Source: Octopus sinensis (Eukaryota). Taken from it: a stretch of 64,000 nucleotides of DNA. The first letter of the stretch is position 1; every line of letters starts with the position of its first letter. The position numbers were made by a program, and so were the translations under genes. Location: assembly GCF_006345805.1 (NCBI RefSeq), contig NC_043000.1:59086001-59150000 (forward strand), given 5' to 3'. This document shows, one piece after another, positions 1 to 12,223 of this stretch. The notes under the pieces are model-generated. The model was not told where the DNA came from. It made no database searches and saw only the letters and a list, made by a program, of their open reading frames with translations.

Positions 1-169
1 CAGTCTCAATTCAGACACATGCATATTTGTATATTAACATGTCTTGGTTCACCAAATAACAAAGCATTGGTAGGACCGAGGCTATAATAGAAAGCATTTG
101 CTTAATTTACTAAGCAGTGAGATCGAACCTGAAACCATTTAGTTGATGACAGGCTTCTATACAGTTTCT

Positions 170-560
170 TATTTCTTTATTGTCCACAAGGGGACAAACA
201 AGGACAGACAAAGGTATTAAGTTGATTACATCAACCCCAGTGCATAACTGCTTCTTAATTTATTGACCCTGAAAGGATGAAAGGCAAAGTCAACCTCGTG
301 GAATTTGAACTCAGAACGTAACGGAAGACGAAATACCTATTTCTTTACTACCCACAATGGGCTAAACACAGAGGGGACAAACAAGTACAGACAAATTGAT
401 TAAGTCGATTACATCGACCCCAGTGCGTAACTGGTACTTAATTTATCGACCCCAAAAGGATGAAAGGCAAAGTTGACCTCGGCGGAATTTGAACTCAGAA
501 CGTAACGGCAGACGAAATACCGCTAAGCATTTCGCCCGGCGTGCTAACGTTTCTGTCTGC
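170..560 (-). mobile_element. tRNA-derived SINE (duplicated core), Octopus-type family A
   Basis: Two copies of the core gcctttcatcctttcggggtcgataaattaagtaccagttacgcactggggtcgatgtaatc on the minus strand, plus a head with B-box-like gagttcaaattcc. The same family recurs at about 9620, 40510, 60436, 61182 and 63238. Confidence 0.8.
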
Positions 561-763
561 TAAATTTCACTTTTGAATCATTTAGTCAGCACAAGGTTAA
601 TTTAGAAGACATTTGCCCCTGGTGAATACACACTGCGAGAGAACCAGCTACATACCTTTGTCCACGATATATATCATACTGGTGGAAAAATCTAAAATAA
701 ATAATAGGAATCATTTCTTTACTGATATTCTAAAATCACCTTTGTAGTGCTTTCTCATGAAGG

Positions 764-935
764 GAGCTGGTGCCATGTAAAAAGTACCCAATACATTCTG
801 TAAAGTGGTCAGCATTAGAAAGGGCATCCAGCTATAGAAACAAAGCCAAAACAGCTATAAATCCTTGTATTAGCACATGTCAAACCGTCCAACCCATGCC
901 AGCATGGAAAACGGATGTTAAATGATGATGATGAA
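764..935 (+). mobile_element. SINE/RTE-related repeat ending in (ATG)n
   Basis: aagggcatccagctatagaaac...gtccaacccatgccagcatggaaaacggatgttaaatgatgatgatg. Related copies lie at about 3745-3990, 4880-5000, 27720-27925, 32400-32560 and 43180-43460. Confidence 0.65.
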
Positions 936-970
936 CTTTACCTAAAAAGTTGTTTTTTTATCATTTGCAG

Positions 971-1060
971 CAAGAATTCTTTAGTTTTGCATGTGAAGTA
1001 CCCTGGGTAAAATGTGTTATACAAAAGTATAGCAGTAACTTAATTGGACAGCTGCTAAAG
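971..1060 (+). CDS. IPO13: importin-13, internal exon (QEFFSFACEVPWVKCVIQKYSSNLIGQLLK)
   Basis: Acceptor ttttttatcatttgcag|, donor AAG|gtgagt, 90 nt, phase 0/0. Joins in frame to the next exon. Position matches human TELLPRCGEVESVGKVVQEDGRMLLIAVLE (recalled). Confidence 0.75.
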
Positions 1061-1926
1061 GTGAGTGACAAAAAATATAGATCTCCATTTAAAGTAAGAC
1101 AACCATGTATTCCAACTCGTATACGAAAACAGTTTTTAACTTTGATCTTATGACAATTGTATGCTAAAATAACTTTTCAGTTTCATAAATTCTTGGCCAT
1201 CATATTTATATTCAGTGAAGTAATAATTCTAAAATCTCCAGGTAGTTAACAATGGTGGTTAAGCTGTATACTTTACAACAGCATGGTTCCATTTTCAATT
1301 CCATAAGCTACTTCCTTGTATCATAGCCTTTGCTCAATCAAAATCTTGTGAGTGAAGCCTGTCTGTCAGAATCGGTGTAGAATCCCATAAGGAGGTCTAA
1401 TGTTTAGGAGAGCAAACATCCAGTCAAAAGGTTAGTAGTATATGGTTATGGAACTGTAGAACTTTCAAAATGGCTCAGTTCACCTAACTGTAAATTGATA
1501 CCAAATTTAATTACTAATGTGCCAAAAGAGTTCTATATAAACCATTGTCATAATGTACCAGTGAAGCCTTATGAATATGAGTGTTCTTTGGAAACACCAG
1601 AAGTGAGATTTAACCTGATAGTTCCATTCTTAATAAAGTTTAGTTATATCTGATTCATTCTATAAACATAATGTAATCTTTTATAATTAGGAATGAAAAA
1701 TTAGTCAGAAGTTTCAATGCAAATAAAGTTTTGTTTAATTTAAATGCTTATTTTACAAGTTTCAATTTTCCAGCTTAGCAGAGAATGTCAAATTTTTGCT
1801 ACTGCAAATGCATGAACATTACAAGATCTTATTGCTTTTGTTTTACAAATGTGAGTCATCATACTTTATCAGATTATCTAATTACATCATTAAAATGCAC
1901 TGAAAAATTGGTGTGATGTATTTCAG

Positions 1927-2108
1927 GGTATTGAAGGAGAATGTCCCAGGTCAGTTCTTGATCAATATGCTGATGTACTACTTGCCCTAAATAAACTACA
2001 TATCGAAGAATTGACAAAATTTATGAACAACGTCATTTCCAGAGATGATAGGCCTCTAACCAAACAATCTAAAGATCAAAGAAAACATTTTTATACTTGT
2101 GTTTTAAG
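1927..2108 (+). CDS. IPO13: importin-13, penultimate exon (GIEGECPRSVLDQYADVLLALNKLHIEELTKFMNNVISRDDRPLTKQSKDQRKHFYTCVLR)
   Basis: tttcag| acceptor, AAG|gtaata donor, 182 nt. Resembles the IPO13 C-terminus GGQASRSLMDCFADILFALNKH...EQKDTFSQQILR. Confidence 0.9.
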
Positions 2109-2960
2109 GTAATAATTTTTTTTCTTTTTGGGTTGACTTCTTTATTATTACCCATTGTTTAAAAAAAAAAAAATAGGATAAAAAACATTTGTATGAATTT
2201 TAGTTATTATAACTATGAATTTGTTCTTCAAAAACATATTCTTTTGCACCTGAAGGTGCAGGCAAAATTGTGTGGTAAGAAGTTCATGTGAAAGCCACAA
2301 ACCACATGATTTTCAACCCATCTCATGACATGACACTTTGGATAAGTATCTTCTATTATATGATCAAAGCATTGTGAGTTGATTTGGCTCACAGAAACTG
2401 AAACCAGTTGTGTATGTATGCATGTATATATATATATGTTAATGTTTCCTTGTTTTGACATCATGTGCTAGTTATAGACAAATGTCAGAGTCATTCCTCA
2501 GTAATCAATGAAATCATGTCCAGCCATTGTGTTGTTAGTGTTCAAAGAATTTAGGGGTTATGTAATGTTACTTAGAAACAGGTGTAGGTTAATGTGCCTC
2601 AAATTTCACCTGGTGCATACCAGCCAAAAACAAAATGGATTTTTGTATGAGAATCTTTGCAATGGCATCACTGACATCTACCATCCTCCTGATTTTGCCT
2701 TGATTCACTCATTTTATGATCAATGAGGAAACAAGCTAATCAATTTTTATCAAATTTTGTTGTATGGACATTGCCCAGTTTCCAAATGAATTTTCCATAA
2801 ATTATAATTTGAAAGTTTATATTTAGTCATTTCAAAAGACCAAATGAAGAAAATGACATGCAATATAGAGTAATAATGAAAAAAACGCCTTACTTTTAAT
2901 AGTAACATCAACTTTTGAGTTTAGCACCAATTTGAATTCCTATTTTGCTTGTCTTTTAAG

Positions 2961-3075
2961 GGAGAGAGTTAACAGAAGACGAGTGCGTGAACTTGTGAAA
3001 GAATACTCAATGCAGTGCCGAGGTTTATTTGGTACAGAATATGGCAATCAATGGAGTCAAAGTATCATGGATTGA
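2961..3075 (+). CDS. IPO13: importin-13, terminal exon (ERVNRRRVRELVKEYSMQCRGLFGTEYGNQWSQSIMD*)
   Basis: gtcttttaag| acceptor, phase 2 matches the previous exon, TGA at 3073-3075. Matches the conserved IPO13 tail RERVNKRRVKEMVKEFTLLCRGLHGTDY. Confidence 0.92.
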
Positions 3076-3744
3076 ATGATATTCAAAACTGTATGTTTTT
3101 TTTGAAGATAAAAACTTGTAAATATTTCTTGTCATTTTTATTTCTTAACAGGCTTTTAATTGGCCATGTAAAAAACCTATTTTCACTGATCAAGTTGGCT
3201 TTAGAAGATTGTACTTTCCTTATGAAGTCTAGTAAATCAAACCTGTGGTTGTCATATCTTGTGCTACAGTTGCATGAGGTCCCATGGTCAAAGATATTCC
3301 AGTCATATTTACCTCATCCTAGGAGTTAGGTGTCATGAAATTGCAGAATACTGAATTCAGTGAAGTTTATTAGGGAGAATATAGAAATTAAACCAAGATA
3401 ATTTCCAGGGGATGTGCAGAATTCCACATTCCATGGAAATTATTATATATGAACAGGTTGTAGGCTAAAGTTTTGGAACACCTGTCTTTTCTCTTGGCAA
3501 CACCATATTTTACAACTTATGTCCCATATAAATATTAGCACCACTTGCACTTCACCTCAAAATCTTAAATATAATGTGTGTCATCAGTTATGCTGGTAGG
3601 AGAATAAAACAACAGTTTGAGTGAGTGACAGCCAGAGATACAAAATGCAGGCAAACTGTAGTAAAAGGTTTTGCTCTGAAGTTACTGTGCAAAAATTAGA
3701 GTGAAATTGTTTATTTCAACAATTTCACTCTAATACACACAAAT

Positions 3745-5290
3745 CATCATTTAACGTCTGTTTCCCTTGCTGGCATGTGTTGGACAGTTTGACTGGGGAC
3801 TGGCAAGTCAGGAGGCAGCACTAGACTCCAATTTGATCTGGCAAGGTTTCTACAGCTGGATGCCCTTCCTAACACCAACCACTCTTGAGTGTAGTGGGTG
3901 CTTTTTACATGCAACCAGCACTGGCATTGACCCACACATGCATGGTGCTTATTGCATGCCACCAGCACGGGCCAGTCAGGTGACACTGACATCAGCCACA
4001 ACTACAATTTCCATTACGATTTAATATTACTTGACTCAATAGGTCTCAAGCATGGTGTGTTGCCCGACAATTCAGAGGTACATTTTAAATGGGCTGGTTA
4101 TGCAACACCAGTATAGGCAACGGCAGTAATCTCACTTTACTTGCTGGATCTTCTCAATCACAGCATATCTCCAGAGGTTTCGATCTTTTGTCATTGCCTC
4201 TGTGAGGCTCAATGTTTGAAGGTTATGCTTCACCAACTCATCCCATGTCTTCCTCTTCTATGGGTTCCTTCCACTGTTAGGGAGTGGCACTTCTTCACAC
4301 AGTACATGATCATACCAGTGCAGTTATCTCACTTGCACACTATATCTGATGCTTCTTACGTCCAACATTTCTCTCAGGGTGCTTACACTTGTGTACACAC
4401 TGACATTACACATTTAAAAATATATGAAATTAATCTTACACATTTTCAAAAAATCACTCCTATAACATCTATATATATTCCTCTTTTTTTGCTTTAGTCC
4501 GTTTTTCCATATGTGTCTTTCCTGACATTTTTCCCCAAGTAAAGGATGACACGTGCATATGTATATAGAAGTTTGCTGCTCAATCGTGCTAGCTCTGGCT
4601 GACTGTCTTGTGAGTGGAATTGGTAGACTGAAGCTGAAAGAAGCCTGCTGTGTGCCTTGCCCCCACCACTGCTGTTTGTTTACATGTTACTGTAGGGAGA
4701 TATGTATCAGGCCGAAAAAAATGAATACTGGGGGTCAATTCATGTGACTAAAAGCCCTGCCCTATATTACATGGTCAGTCTAATTGAAACAAATAAAAGG
4801 CAATAAAACAGACATGTATAGGAACCTTGAGTGTTTTCAACTATAGCCCAGGAAACTGAAAGAAGCCCACCATATATGCATCTCTATATCATCATTTAAC
4901 ATCCATTTTTCATGCTGGCATGGGAAGGACAGTTTGACAGCTGTCCAGACTCCTATTGTCTGCTGTAGCTGGATGCCCTTCCTAATCCCAAACCCTTTAC
5001 AGTCTGCAGAGTGCTTTTTACATACCAAACTTGTGAAAGACAAGCCTATATGTGGATGACAGTAATTTGACTAAGCTTGACACATCCCAGGTACAGCAAA
5101 TTGCCACAACTCTCATTCTCCTAGTCACTTTGTCAGGGAGGCCCAGCATCTGAATATCCTTTCTAACCACTTCATCCTGTCTTCCTGAGTCTACCCCCTT
5201 CCACAATTTAAGATTGGCACTTTACAAAGCTGTCCTCATCCATAAGTATCATATGACCAAACCAGCAGTCTTCTCTCTTGCACACATGCC
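3745..5290 (-). mobile_element. cluster of RTE-type LINE 3' fragments and associated SINE tails
   Basis: The minus frame at 5018-5206 reads GRQDEVVRKDIQMLGL, a typical RTE C-terminal RPRKTWDEVVRKDL-like motif. Tails catcatttaacgtc/catcatttaacatcc at about 3745 and 4890. Confidence 0.55.
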
Positions 5291-7917
5291 TCTTATATTC
5301 AGTTTTCCTCTTAAATCTAAGTCAGGTAGTGATTCAGCCATAAGGCTATCAGTGTAGAGGTGTTCCCAGTCTCGAATTCCTGCTATGGCCTGGAGGTCTA
5401 TGATAAACAAGAACTACACTGAATTTATTACTACACTTGTTGCCAACCTTCACTAACCACTCTTCTATCCCTAGCTTCTGCATTGACCACCAGATAAGGG
5501 AGTAGAAGTTTATTTTTGGCCAAATACTTCTGCAGTTGCCTTACAAGGAAAGTAGTACGTTCTCTGAGATACAAAACCAAACTACATCTCATCTAGGTTC
5601 TCCCAATTATTTGCACTATAGCCTTTTCTATAACTTTCATTACCCAGTCCAGCAGTTTGATACCTCTGTAATTATTTGTTAGGCATCGCCTGAACCTTTG
5701 TAGCTGTAGATTATGGTACTGCTACACCAGTTGGGTATGACTCCCTTATGGACAACCTGATTAACTATGCAGGTGACTAGGCCAGATATTTTAAGGATCT
5801 TGGTGGTGATTCCTGATGGGCCAGGTTTTCCATTTTCCTATTCTTAACTGCTTTATCTACCAAGCTACTGTCCATTTGGACAGCTGGATCTATATTAGGC
5901 AGACTAAGCAATGTGTTGTTCTAAGAACTTACTAGGCTACAAGTTTTAAGAGCTAACATATATAATATCAATTGTACATATCCGCTCGACAATACCATTA
6001 TTTAGGCTGTACAATCCTCAAGGATCAGAAAATTGAAGTTACAAGATGTTACTAACTCCCAACATGTTAAATATGACTTTACTGTCAGGCCATATGCTCA
6101 TACAACCGAAAATGTCTCAGTATTTTCAAGGACAAAGTATTTAAGGAAGAACCGCTGGTCCTTTGTTCAACCAGAAATAAAAGTACCTATTGGCAGATGG
6201 AGTTCCATTTCTGCTCTCTCCTGGCCCTGTCAACTACGCCATTCAAACCACCATGTCACCTTAGGTTGAGAAGGGACTTTGCATGTCACAAATTTATTCA
6301 GTTGCCCTTAAGTTGTTACATGTGCATATATAAACCATAGTCAGGAACTACGAGACAGTTTACACCAACGATAGACTTGATGGAAGTTTGATTTACCCAT
6401 ACAGAGCATCATTTCCAATCTTACATGTAATCATGTCTGAACATGGTGAAATATTACCTTAACTGGATCAGGTTGGCAACAGGAATTACATCCAACAGTA
6501 CAAAATCTGTCTGATCCATGTGAGCATGTATTAACAGATTGTCTTTATTAGTATATTATTCAATATTGCATATGAATGTGTATATACTTAACATTTACCA
6601 GTGGTTTCTCCCATTTTTTTGATGACAGGTATGCTAGTAAACTGACATTCAACAATGTCCCAGCTTCTACATAGGTGACCTGCTAGAAATGTCAAATCTG
6701 ACCTACTTTACTATCAACCATCCTAACCCTCCACCTGGACTCCTGAGCAAAACAAAAAAAAAGTTGCATATGCAACTCAAGGGTAATGGTTGCAACCAAA
6801 CTGAACAAAATCAGCTATATTTTTTTTCTATGTGTTTGTTATAGCTTTATCAAGAATTCAGAGATGACATCCTATTCCCATTCAAGTGGGAGTACGGAGT
6901 GACAAGGTTAAAAGCACACACAAAGGATGGAATAAACACCATGAAAATATAGATTTAAAGTAAGATCTGGGACAAAGATCAAATTCTAAATCAGTTTTAA
7001 TGCAAGCACTTAATTGGGAATTAGTGCCATTCCACATTGTCAAATTGCAAAAATTGAGGAAAGAAATTTTGTGACATAAGTTGTTCCAAAAATTCCAGTG
7101 GATAACAACCTTTATCATGTCTGTCTGTACTTTATTAGTGCAGTAGTTCCTTACCTCTTCCATGTCATCCAGCATTGACATTTGCTTTAATCACTTCATC
7201 CTTTAGATCCCTTCAAAGTCATCTAAGTACGTCAACAGTACAAGTCCCAATATGGGGCATAAATGTCAAATTTGAGTGAAAGGAAAGGGAACTAAGCAAT
7301 CAGCCTCGAAACTAATTCACTGCTGGATTTTAAACTTGTATGGTTCAGTTATTGGACTAAAAGAGAATGCTGAGAGAACACTGACAAACCAAATTTAGTC
7401 AGCATATGTCATTAACAACAAATGGAGGCAATAGGTGGACTACACCAAAACTAACGTTAGTTATCTGGAAGGAAAGCATTCTACAGTTACTTTACAAATA
7501 GTTCAGTCAGATTTATCCCCCATCCACCCAATATCACAAGGCCTGGCAATGTCATCAGGCTAAAATAATCACATTGTCTCCTAATCTTGGAAGATATCTA
7601 GCAAGTGGAATTTGCATGAAGAAAACTCAAAACAGGAACCAGACATCAAAGATCAGATATTTTTCTTTAAACAGATGGTAATATTAGACAAAACTGGCCA
7701 ATTTAAATACAGCCTGCTACACTGAATAGAAACAAAAGCACCTAAGTCCAGAAATATAGTATTCTAGTATTTTATGCTCCTTACACACAGCTGCTATTAT
7801 TCCAGCAATTAAGCTAGTGACCCTGCTGCTATACTGCCACATTCAACATGTAGCCCAGATCTCACAAGTATTTTATGGTGATTTGAATTTTTGTCGCCTT
7901 AAGTATTTATCAGGACA

Positions 7918-7923
7918 TTTATT
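7918..7923 (-). terminator. candidate RPS12 polyadenylation signal AATAAA
   Basis: tttatt on the plus strand, about 95 nt downstream of the RPS12 stop codon. Confidence 0.55.
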
Positions 7924-8015
7924 AAAATACCAAGCCGAACTGAAACAATACAGTGAAAGTCTGTTTTACAAACACTTTATTAACATAGCATATGCTCACA
8001 GAATGCTATAAGAAG

Positions 8016-8078
8016 TTATTTCTTGGACTTGAAATATTCATTCAAAACATCAAGTGCTTGTGATTCTTTTCCATAGTC
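8016..8078 (-). CDS. RPS12: 40S ribosomal protein S12, last exon ([20 protein letters not shown])
   Basis: ttttatttcag| acceptor, 63 nt, TAA at 8018-8016. Close to human [20 protein letters not shown]. Confidence 0.97.
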   Translation of the reverse strand, partial: [20 protein letters not shown]

Positions 8079-8369
8079 CTGAAATAAAACAAATAGCAAA
8101 AATTTAACTCTGAAGAACAAAATGTTAGGTACTTAAAACACTAGTTGCATCAAAGACCAACATAGTCATACCTGCTGAGCAATAAGATGATATAGCACAC
8201 AAAATTTACACCAAGCTGCAAATTATACTTTGTCCTAAATTTTTTTCAACACATACAAATAATTTCATTTATCCAAGTCAATTGTGATATAACTTTACTT
8301 CTTTCAGTCCTATATTTAAGAGATGGGAAATGTACATTATTTGCATTTGATGGATATTTGCTCTCATCT

Positions 8370-8995
8370 TTGTTGTTAACATGTTTCGGCTTATATACCC
8401 TCCAGCCTTCATCAGGTATCTTGGAGGAAATTTCGAATCTGGGTTCTCATTCCTAAGGTATTTTTCAATGTTATTATTCAGATCACTGCTGGGAATCAAA
8501 CTTGGAATCTTGGGGTTAGTAGCCCGAGTTTACCACAATGCTCATAGGCAATTATGGAGTGAATTTTAAGGCTTATAAATCTAATATTTTCCTATCCTTC
8601 CTTAATACTGGTTCCCATATGCTACTCATATCTGCACTTAGGAGGTTGTTGTGTCCTAGCATATGGGCTGCTTCTGTTTAGTTTTCGTATTTTCCAGTGG
8701 TCTCCATTATTCCATACATGATCAGCTATATCTGATTTATCAATATCTCATGTCACAGCTTTGCCATGTTCATCCACCCTTATTTTGATGGGGTGGCATG
8801 TGTCACCTTTGCGTAACCTACCACAGCTGCATGGGATGGAGTACGCAGTTTTTGGTCATATTCTCTTCTATTGGTGGTTTTACTCGAAGGAGATATTTGC
8901 GAAGTGTTGTATTACTCTTGAATACTTGTATCGTTTGAGAGAGGCCTTTCACATAGGGTAGACAGTGGAGAGTTTATTGGTTCCATGCCCTTTTT
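8370..8995 (-). mobile_element. Penelope-like element remnant (GIY-YIG endonuclease plus typical 3' end)
   Basis: Minus-strand reading across frameshifts gives CLPYVKGLS...RVKPPIEENMTKN-CVYSIPCSCG...IRVDEH...SDIADHVW. 3' motif ctgatgaaggctggagggtatataagccgaaacatg. Confidence 0.75.
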
Positions 8996-9297
8996 TTTTC
9001 ATAATTGGAGTGGATAGTATGTATATGGGGTAGTTGTTGCTTAATAGATTGTTATTAAGCTTGATAATTTCTTTGTGACAGTAAAGTCATATTTAACGTG
9101 AGAACAAGGCAGTTTAATATGTTGGGAGTTGTGAATAACTTCTTGTAACTTCAGTTTTTTTTTAATGTTGCAGTAAGATCTCTTTTGCAAAAGAGAATCT
9201 CTCCATTTTTTCCACTAAGCAAAACAATATTTTTCACCTTGTGACATATTTTAATGCCTCACTTCATGGTTGAAAACTTGGGGGTAACAAAATACGG

Positions 9298-9365
9298 TTG
9301 GGTCAGTTATTGCAATCCTCAATAGATATTTCAGAAGAGGGAGCATTTAGTTTCATCATATCCAA
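9298..9365 (-). ncRNA. SNORD100: box C/D snoRNA, SNORD100-like, copy A (last RPS12 intron)
   Basis: ttggat-ATGATGA-aactaaATGCTCCCTCTt-CTGA-aatatcta-TTGAGGA-ttgcaataa-CTGA-cccaa: boxes C, D', C' and D, terminal stem, and a guide complementary to 18S AGAGGGAGC. Confidence 0.85.
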
Positions 9366-9619
9366 CCATATTACATAGTATAAAACAATGCAACAGAAAA
9401 TAAGCCATAGTATTTTCAAGAATAAAGTAGTTAACCAAGAGTCACTGGTCTGTTGTTCAAATCACAATACAAGAACCTATAAGTCAGAGGGAATTAAAAT
9501 ACTCAACAATTGGATGAGTAATGTTAAGACAGAATTGCAAACGTAACCTGCAAAGAAAAGTCGTATCCCTGTATATTTCAAGTACTTCACTTCTATTAAC
9601 ATTACATAACCAACAAAGT

Positions 9620-9800
9620 GGCGAGCTGGCAGAATTGTTAGCATGCTGGGCAAAATGATTTCATCCATCTCCACTGAGTTGAAATTTCACTAAGATCAAC
9701 TTTGCTCCTCATCTCTTCAGAGTTGGTAAAATAAATACCAGTTGAGTACTGAGGGTCAATGTAATTCACTCACCACCTCCCCCGAAATTGATGGCTTTGT
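9620..9800 (+). mobile_element. tRNA-derived SINE family A
   Basis: gtggcgagctggcagaattgttagcatgctgggcaaaatg...atcaactttgctcctcatctcttcag...aaataccagttgagtactg. Confidence 0.75.
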
Positions 9801-10232
9801 GCCAAATTTAGAAATCAACATTACATATTCCTATCAAGACTATATACAAAACAATAAAAGCAACTTAATATCTAATAACTGAGGAATTCCAGAAAATTCA
9901 TTTACTTTCTAAAATCATCTTTCAATCATTTTTGGGCAAACTATTTCAATCATGACATCAAAGGCATTCTTCACTAAAATTCAATTCTCTAGAGAGAAAC
10001 AAATTTTCCCTCTCTCTGAATTAAAATGAAAATCATGGCTTTGAAGTCAAGGAGTTCACTTCACAACCACAGGACTCTGGGGTTGCAAACAGATCAGTGT
10101 TTCAAATAAAAATACTTTGTTATTTATCCAACACATCCTTGAAACTTCATAACCTATGAAGCCACTGCTTATAAAACAGTATTTAAAAGAAATTTCTAAA
10201 AATAGACTATATCATAGAATAGATTGCATTAC

Positions 10233-10334
10233 CTTTACAACAACACAGCCACATCCATTCACTTTTCTGGCTTTGCCTTCAACATCAATACGACGAAGAC
10301 CAGCCCATTCGCCTAACTTCTTGCTGTCTTCAAC
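10233..10334 (-). CDS. RPS12: RPS12 exon ([34 protein letters not shown])
   Basis: tctttcttttcag| acceptor, AAG|gtaatg donor, 102 nt, phase 0/0. Confidence 0.97.
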
Positions 10335-10671
10335 CTGAAAAGAAAGACAAAACTTCACTGTGATAATATCTATAAAATTAGCAAAGTTAAAAAAAATGAA
10401 TAAACAACTATTTTCACAGAAGTCAATTTAGATTCAATCCTTTAGCATTTAAACCTGTTATTTCCAGCCCAAATATTCTGCTTTATGTTCAAACTGACAA
10501 GATCGTGCTTCTCTCACCTACCCTACAATGTCATTTAAAAAAAACAATCACAATATCATATTCTCAAAATCATGAATAAGCATTACATTTCACTGAAGCT
10601 GAATAACGGGTTAAATAACAGTATTACTGTTTCTACAGGCAATGCCAATTTTGTACACTTCTTAGCCTCAA

Positions 10672-10734
10672 TTGGACTAGTTACTATAACCCTCAAAAAG
10701 TATTTCAGGAAAGGGAGGAGCATCTATCCCAACC
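10672..10734 (-). pseudogene. decayed SNORD100-like copy G
   Basis: ggttgggatagatgctcctccctttcCTGAaatactttttgagggttatagtaactagtccaa aligns along its length to copy A. Box C and box D are broken. Confidence 0.6.
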
Positions 10735-11268
10735 AAACAACTCCATTGTTTAAAATAACATTACAACCAGAACATTACCAAACAAGTGTATTTACTCCTT
10801 AGAAATAAGGAGTAAAATATAAGGACGGCATGCTTTAGCTAGGTTAGACCTAATGATCACTAATATCACAAAATTGGATCATTCAGGTACTTCAGACACA
10901 ACACATGTATGAAAATAAAGCATAACTTACTAAAAACATCAGCTGAATCTCACCCATCTATCTATATATATATATATAAATAAATAAATAAAACAAGCAG
11001 TCCTACATGCACTTGAAATTTAGCCTGCCCCAATATTCAGATACCTAGTGTAACTACCATTGTCTTTATGAAAAATTCACTAAATGGAATAAACTATGTT
11101 CAAGAAGAAAGCAATATTTGAGACAAAAAACTATGTTGCAGTGAGATTATCTCTTTTGCAAAAGAGAATCTCCCCACTTTTTCCACTAAGGAAAATAATA
11201 TTTTTCACCTTGTAATATATTTTAATGCTTCACTTCATGGTTGAAAACTTGGGGGTAACAAAATACGG

Positions 11269-11336
11269 TTGGGTCAGTTATTGCAATCCTCAATAGATAT
11301 TTCAGAAGAGGGAGCATTTAGTTTCATCATATCCAA
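11269..11336 (-). ncRNA. SNORD100: box C/D snoRNA, SNORD100-like, copy B
   Basis: Identical to copy A across the boxes and guide. Sits in a duplicated cassette of about 290 bp. Confidence 0.85.
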
Positions 11337-11501
11337 CCATATTACATAGTATAAAACAATGTAACAGAAAATAAGCCATAGTATTTTCAAGAATAAAGTA
11401 TTTAACCAAGAGTCACTGGTTCAGTACTTCAGACACAACACGTGTACGAAAATAAAGCATAACTTACTAAAAACATCAGCTGAATTTCACTCACCCATCT
11501 A

Positions 11502-11549
<48 letters not shown>

Positions 11550-11680
11550 TAAAACAAGCAGTCCTACATGCACTTGAAATTTAGGCATCATGACTGAAGT
11601 GTCCCATCACAGGACTACTTAAATCAATGTATATTTGAGAGGTTGTTTAGATCGAGGTCATATTTTGTAAATTCTTAATA

Positions 11681-11731
11681 GGTGAATCATTGCAATCTTC
11701 ATTATGTATTAGGAGAGAGAGCATTGTCCAA
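11681..11731 (-). pseudogene. decayed SNORD100-like copy H
   Basis: ttggacaatgctctctctc-ctaa-tacata-atgaaga-ttgcaatga-ttca-cc has the same layout as the intact copies, with mutated D', C' and D boxes and no box C. Confidence 0.5.
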
Positions 11732-12155
11732 TGCAACAGCAAAATTTTTCAGATGTATCACAAGATGTTTTAAGTTATGGATGTAATGGAAAGAGGGCAT
11801 AAGAGAGAGAAAAAAAACCAACCTATGAAATCAGCTATAAACCTTGACTGATTGCCATTGCAATCTGTTCAAAGAGGTTTGACTTAGCATGTGAATTAAG
11901 TAAAAAGTTTCCAGTGATGAAAATGACAAAAGGTTAGTGGCTACTAGTCTGTCCCAATATTCAGATACTTAGTGTAACCACCATTGTCTTTATGAAAAAT
12001 TCACTAAATGGAATAAACTATGTTGCAGTGAAATTATCTCTTTTGCAAAAGAGAATCTCCCCACCTTTTTCACTAAGCAAAATAATATTTTTCCCCTTGT
12101 GATATATTTTAATGCTTCACTTCATGGTTGAAAACTTGGGGGTAACAAAATACGG

Positions 12156-12223
12156 TTGGGTCAGTTATTGCAATCCTCAATAGACATTTCAGAAGAGGGA
12201 GCATTTAGCTTCATCATATCCAA
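12156..12223 (-). ncRNA. SNORD100: box C/D snoRNA, SNORD100-like, copy C
   Basis: ttggat-ATGATGA-agctaaATGCTCCCTCTt-CTGA-aatgtcta-TTGAGGA-ttgcaataa-CTGA-cccaa. Two substitutions versus copies A/B, both outside the boxes and guide. Confidence 0.85.

Noticed and set aside
480-560. tRNA-like heads with B-box (also at 9620, 40660, 57500, 61182, 63370)
   Set aside because: These are SINE heads attached to repeat cores; no complete cloverleaf is visible.
6040-6095. Short inverted similarity to 9080-9150
   Set aside because: Most likely two fragments of the same unidentified old repeat.
10880-10960. Duplicated block (also at 11421-11490) as a second snoRNA family (SNORD101 or SNORA33 homolog)
   Set aside because: No convincing box C or H/ACA architecture. 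I found no SNORD101- or SNORA33-like sequence by eye; cmscan would settle it.
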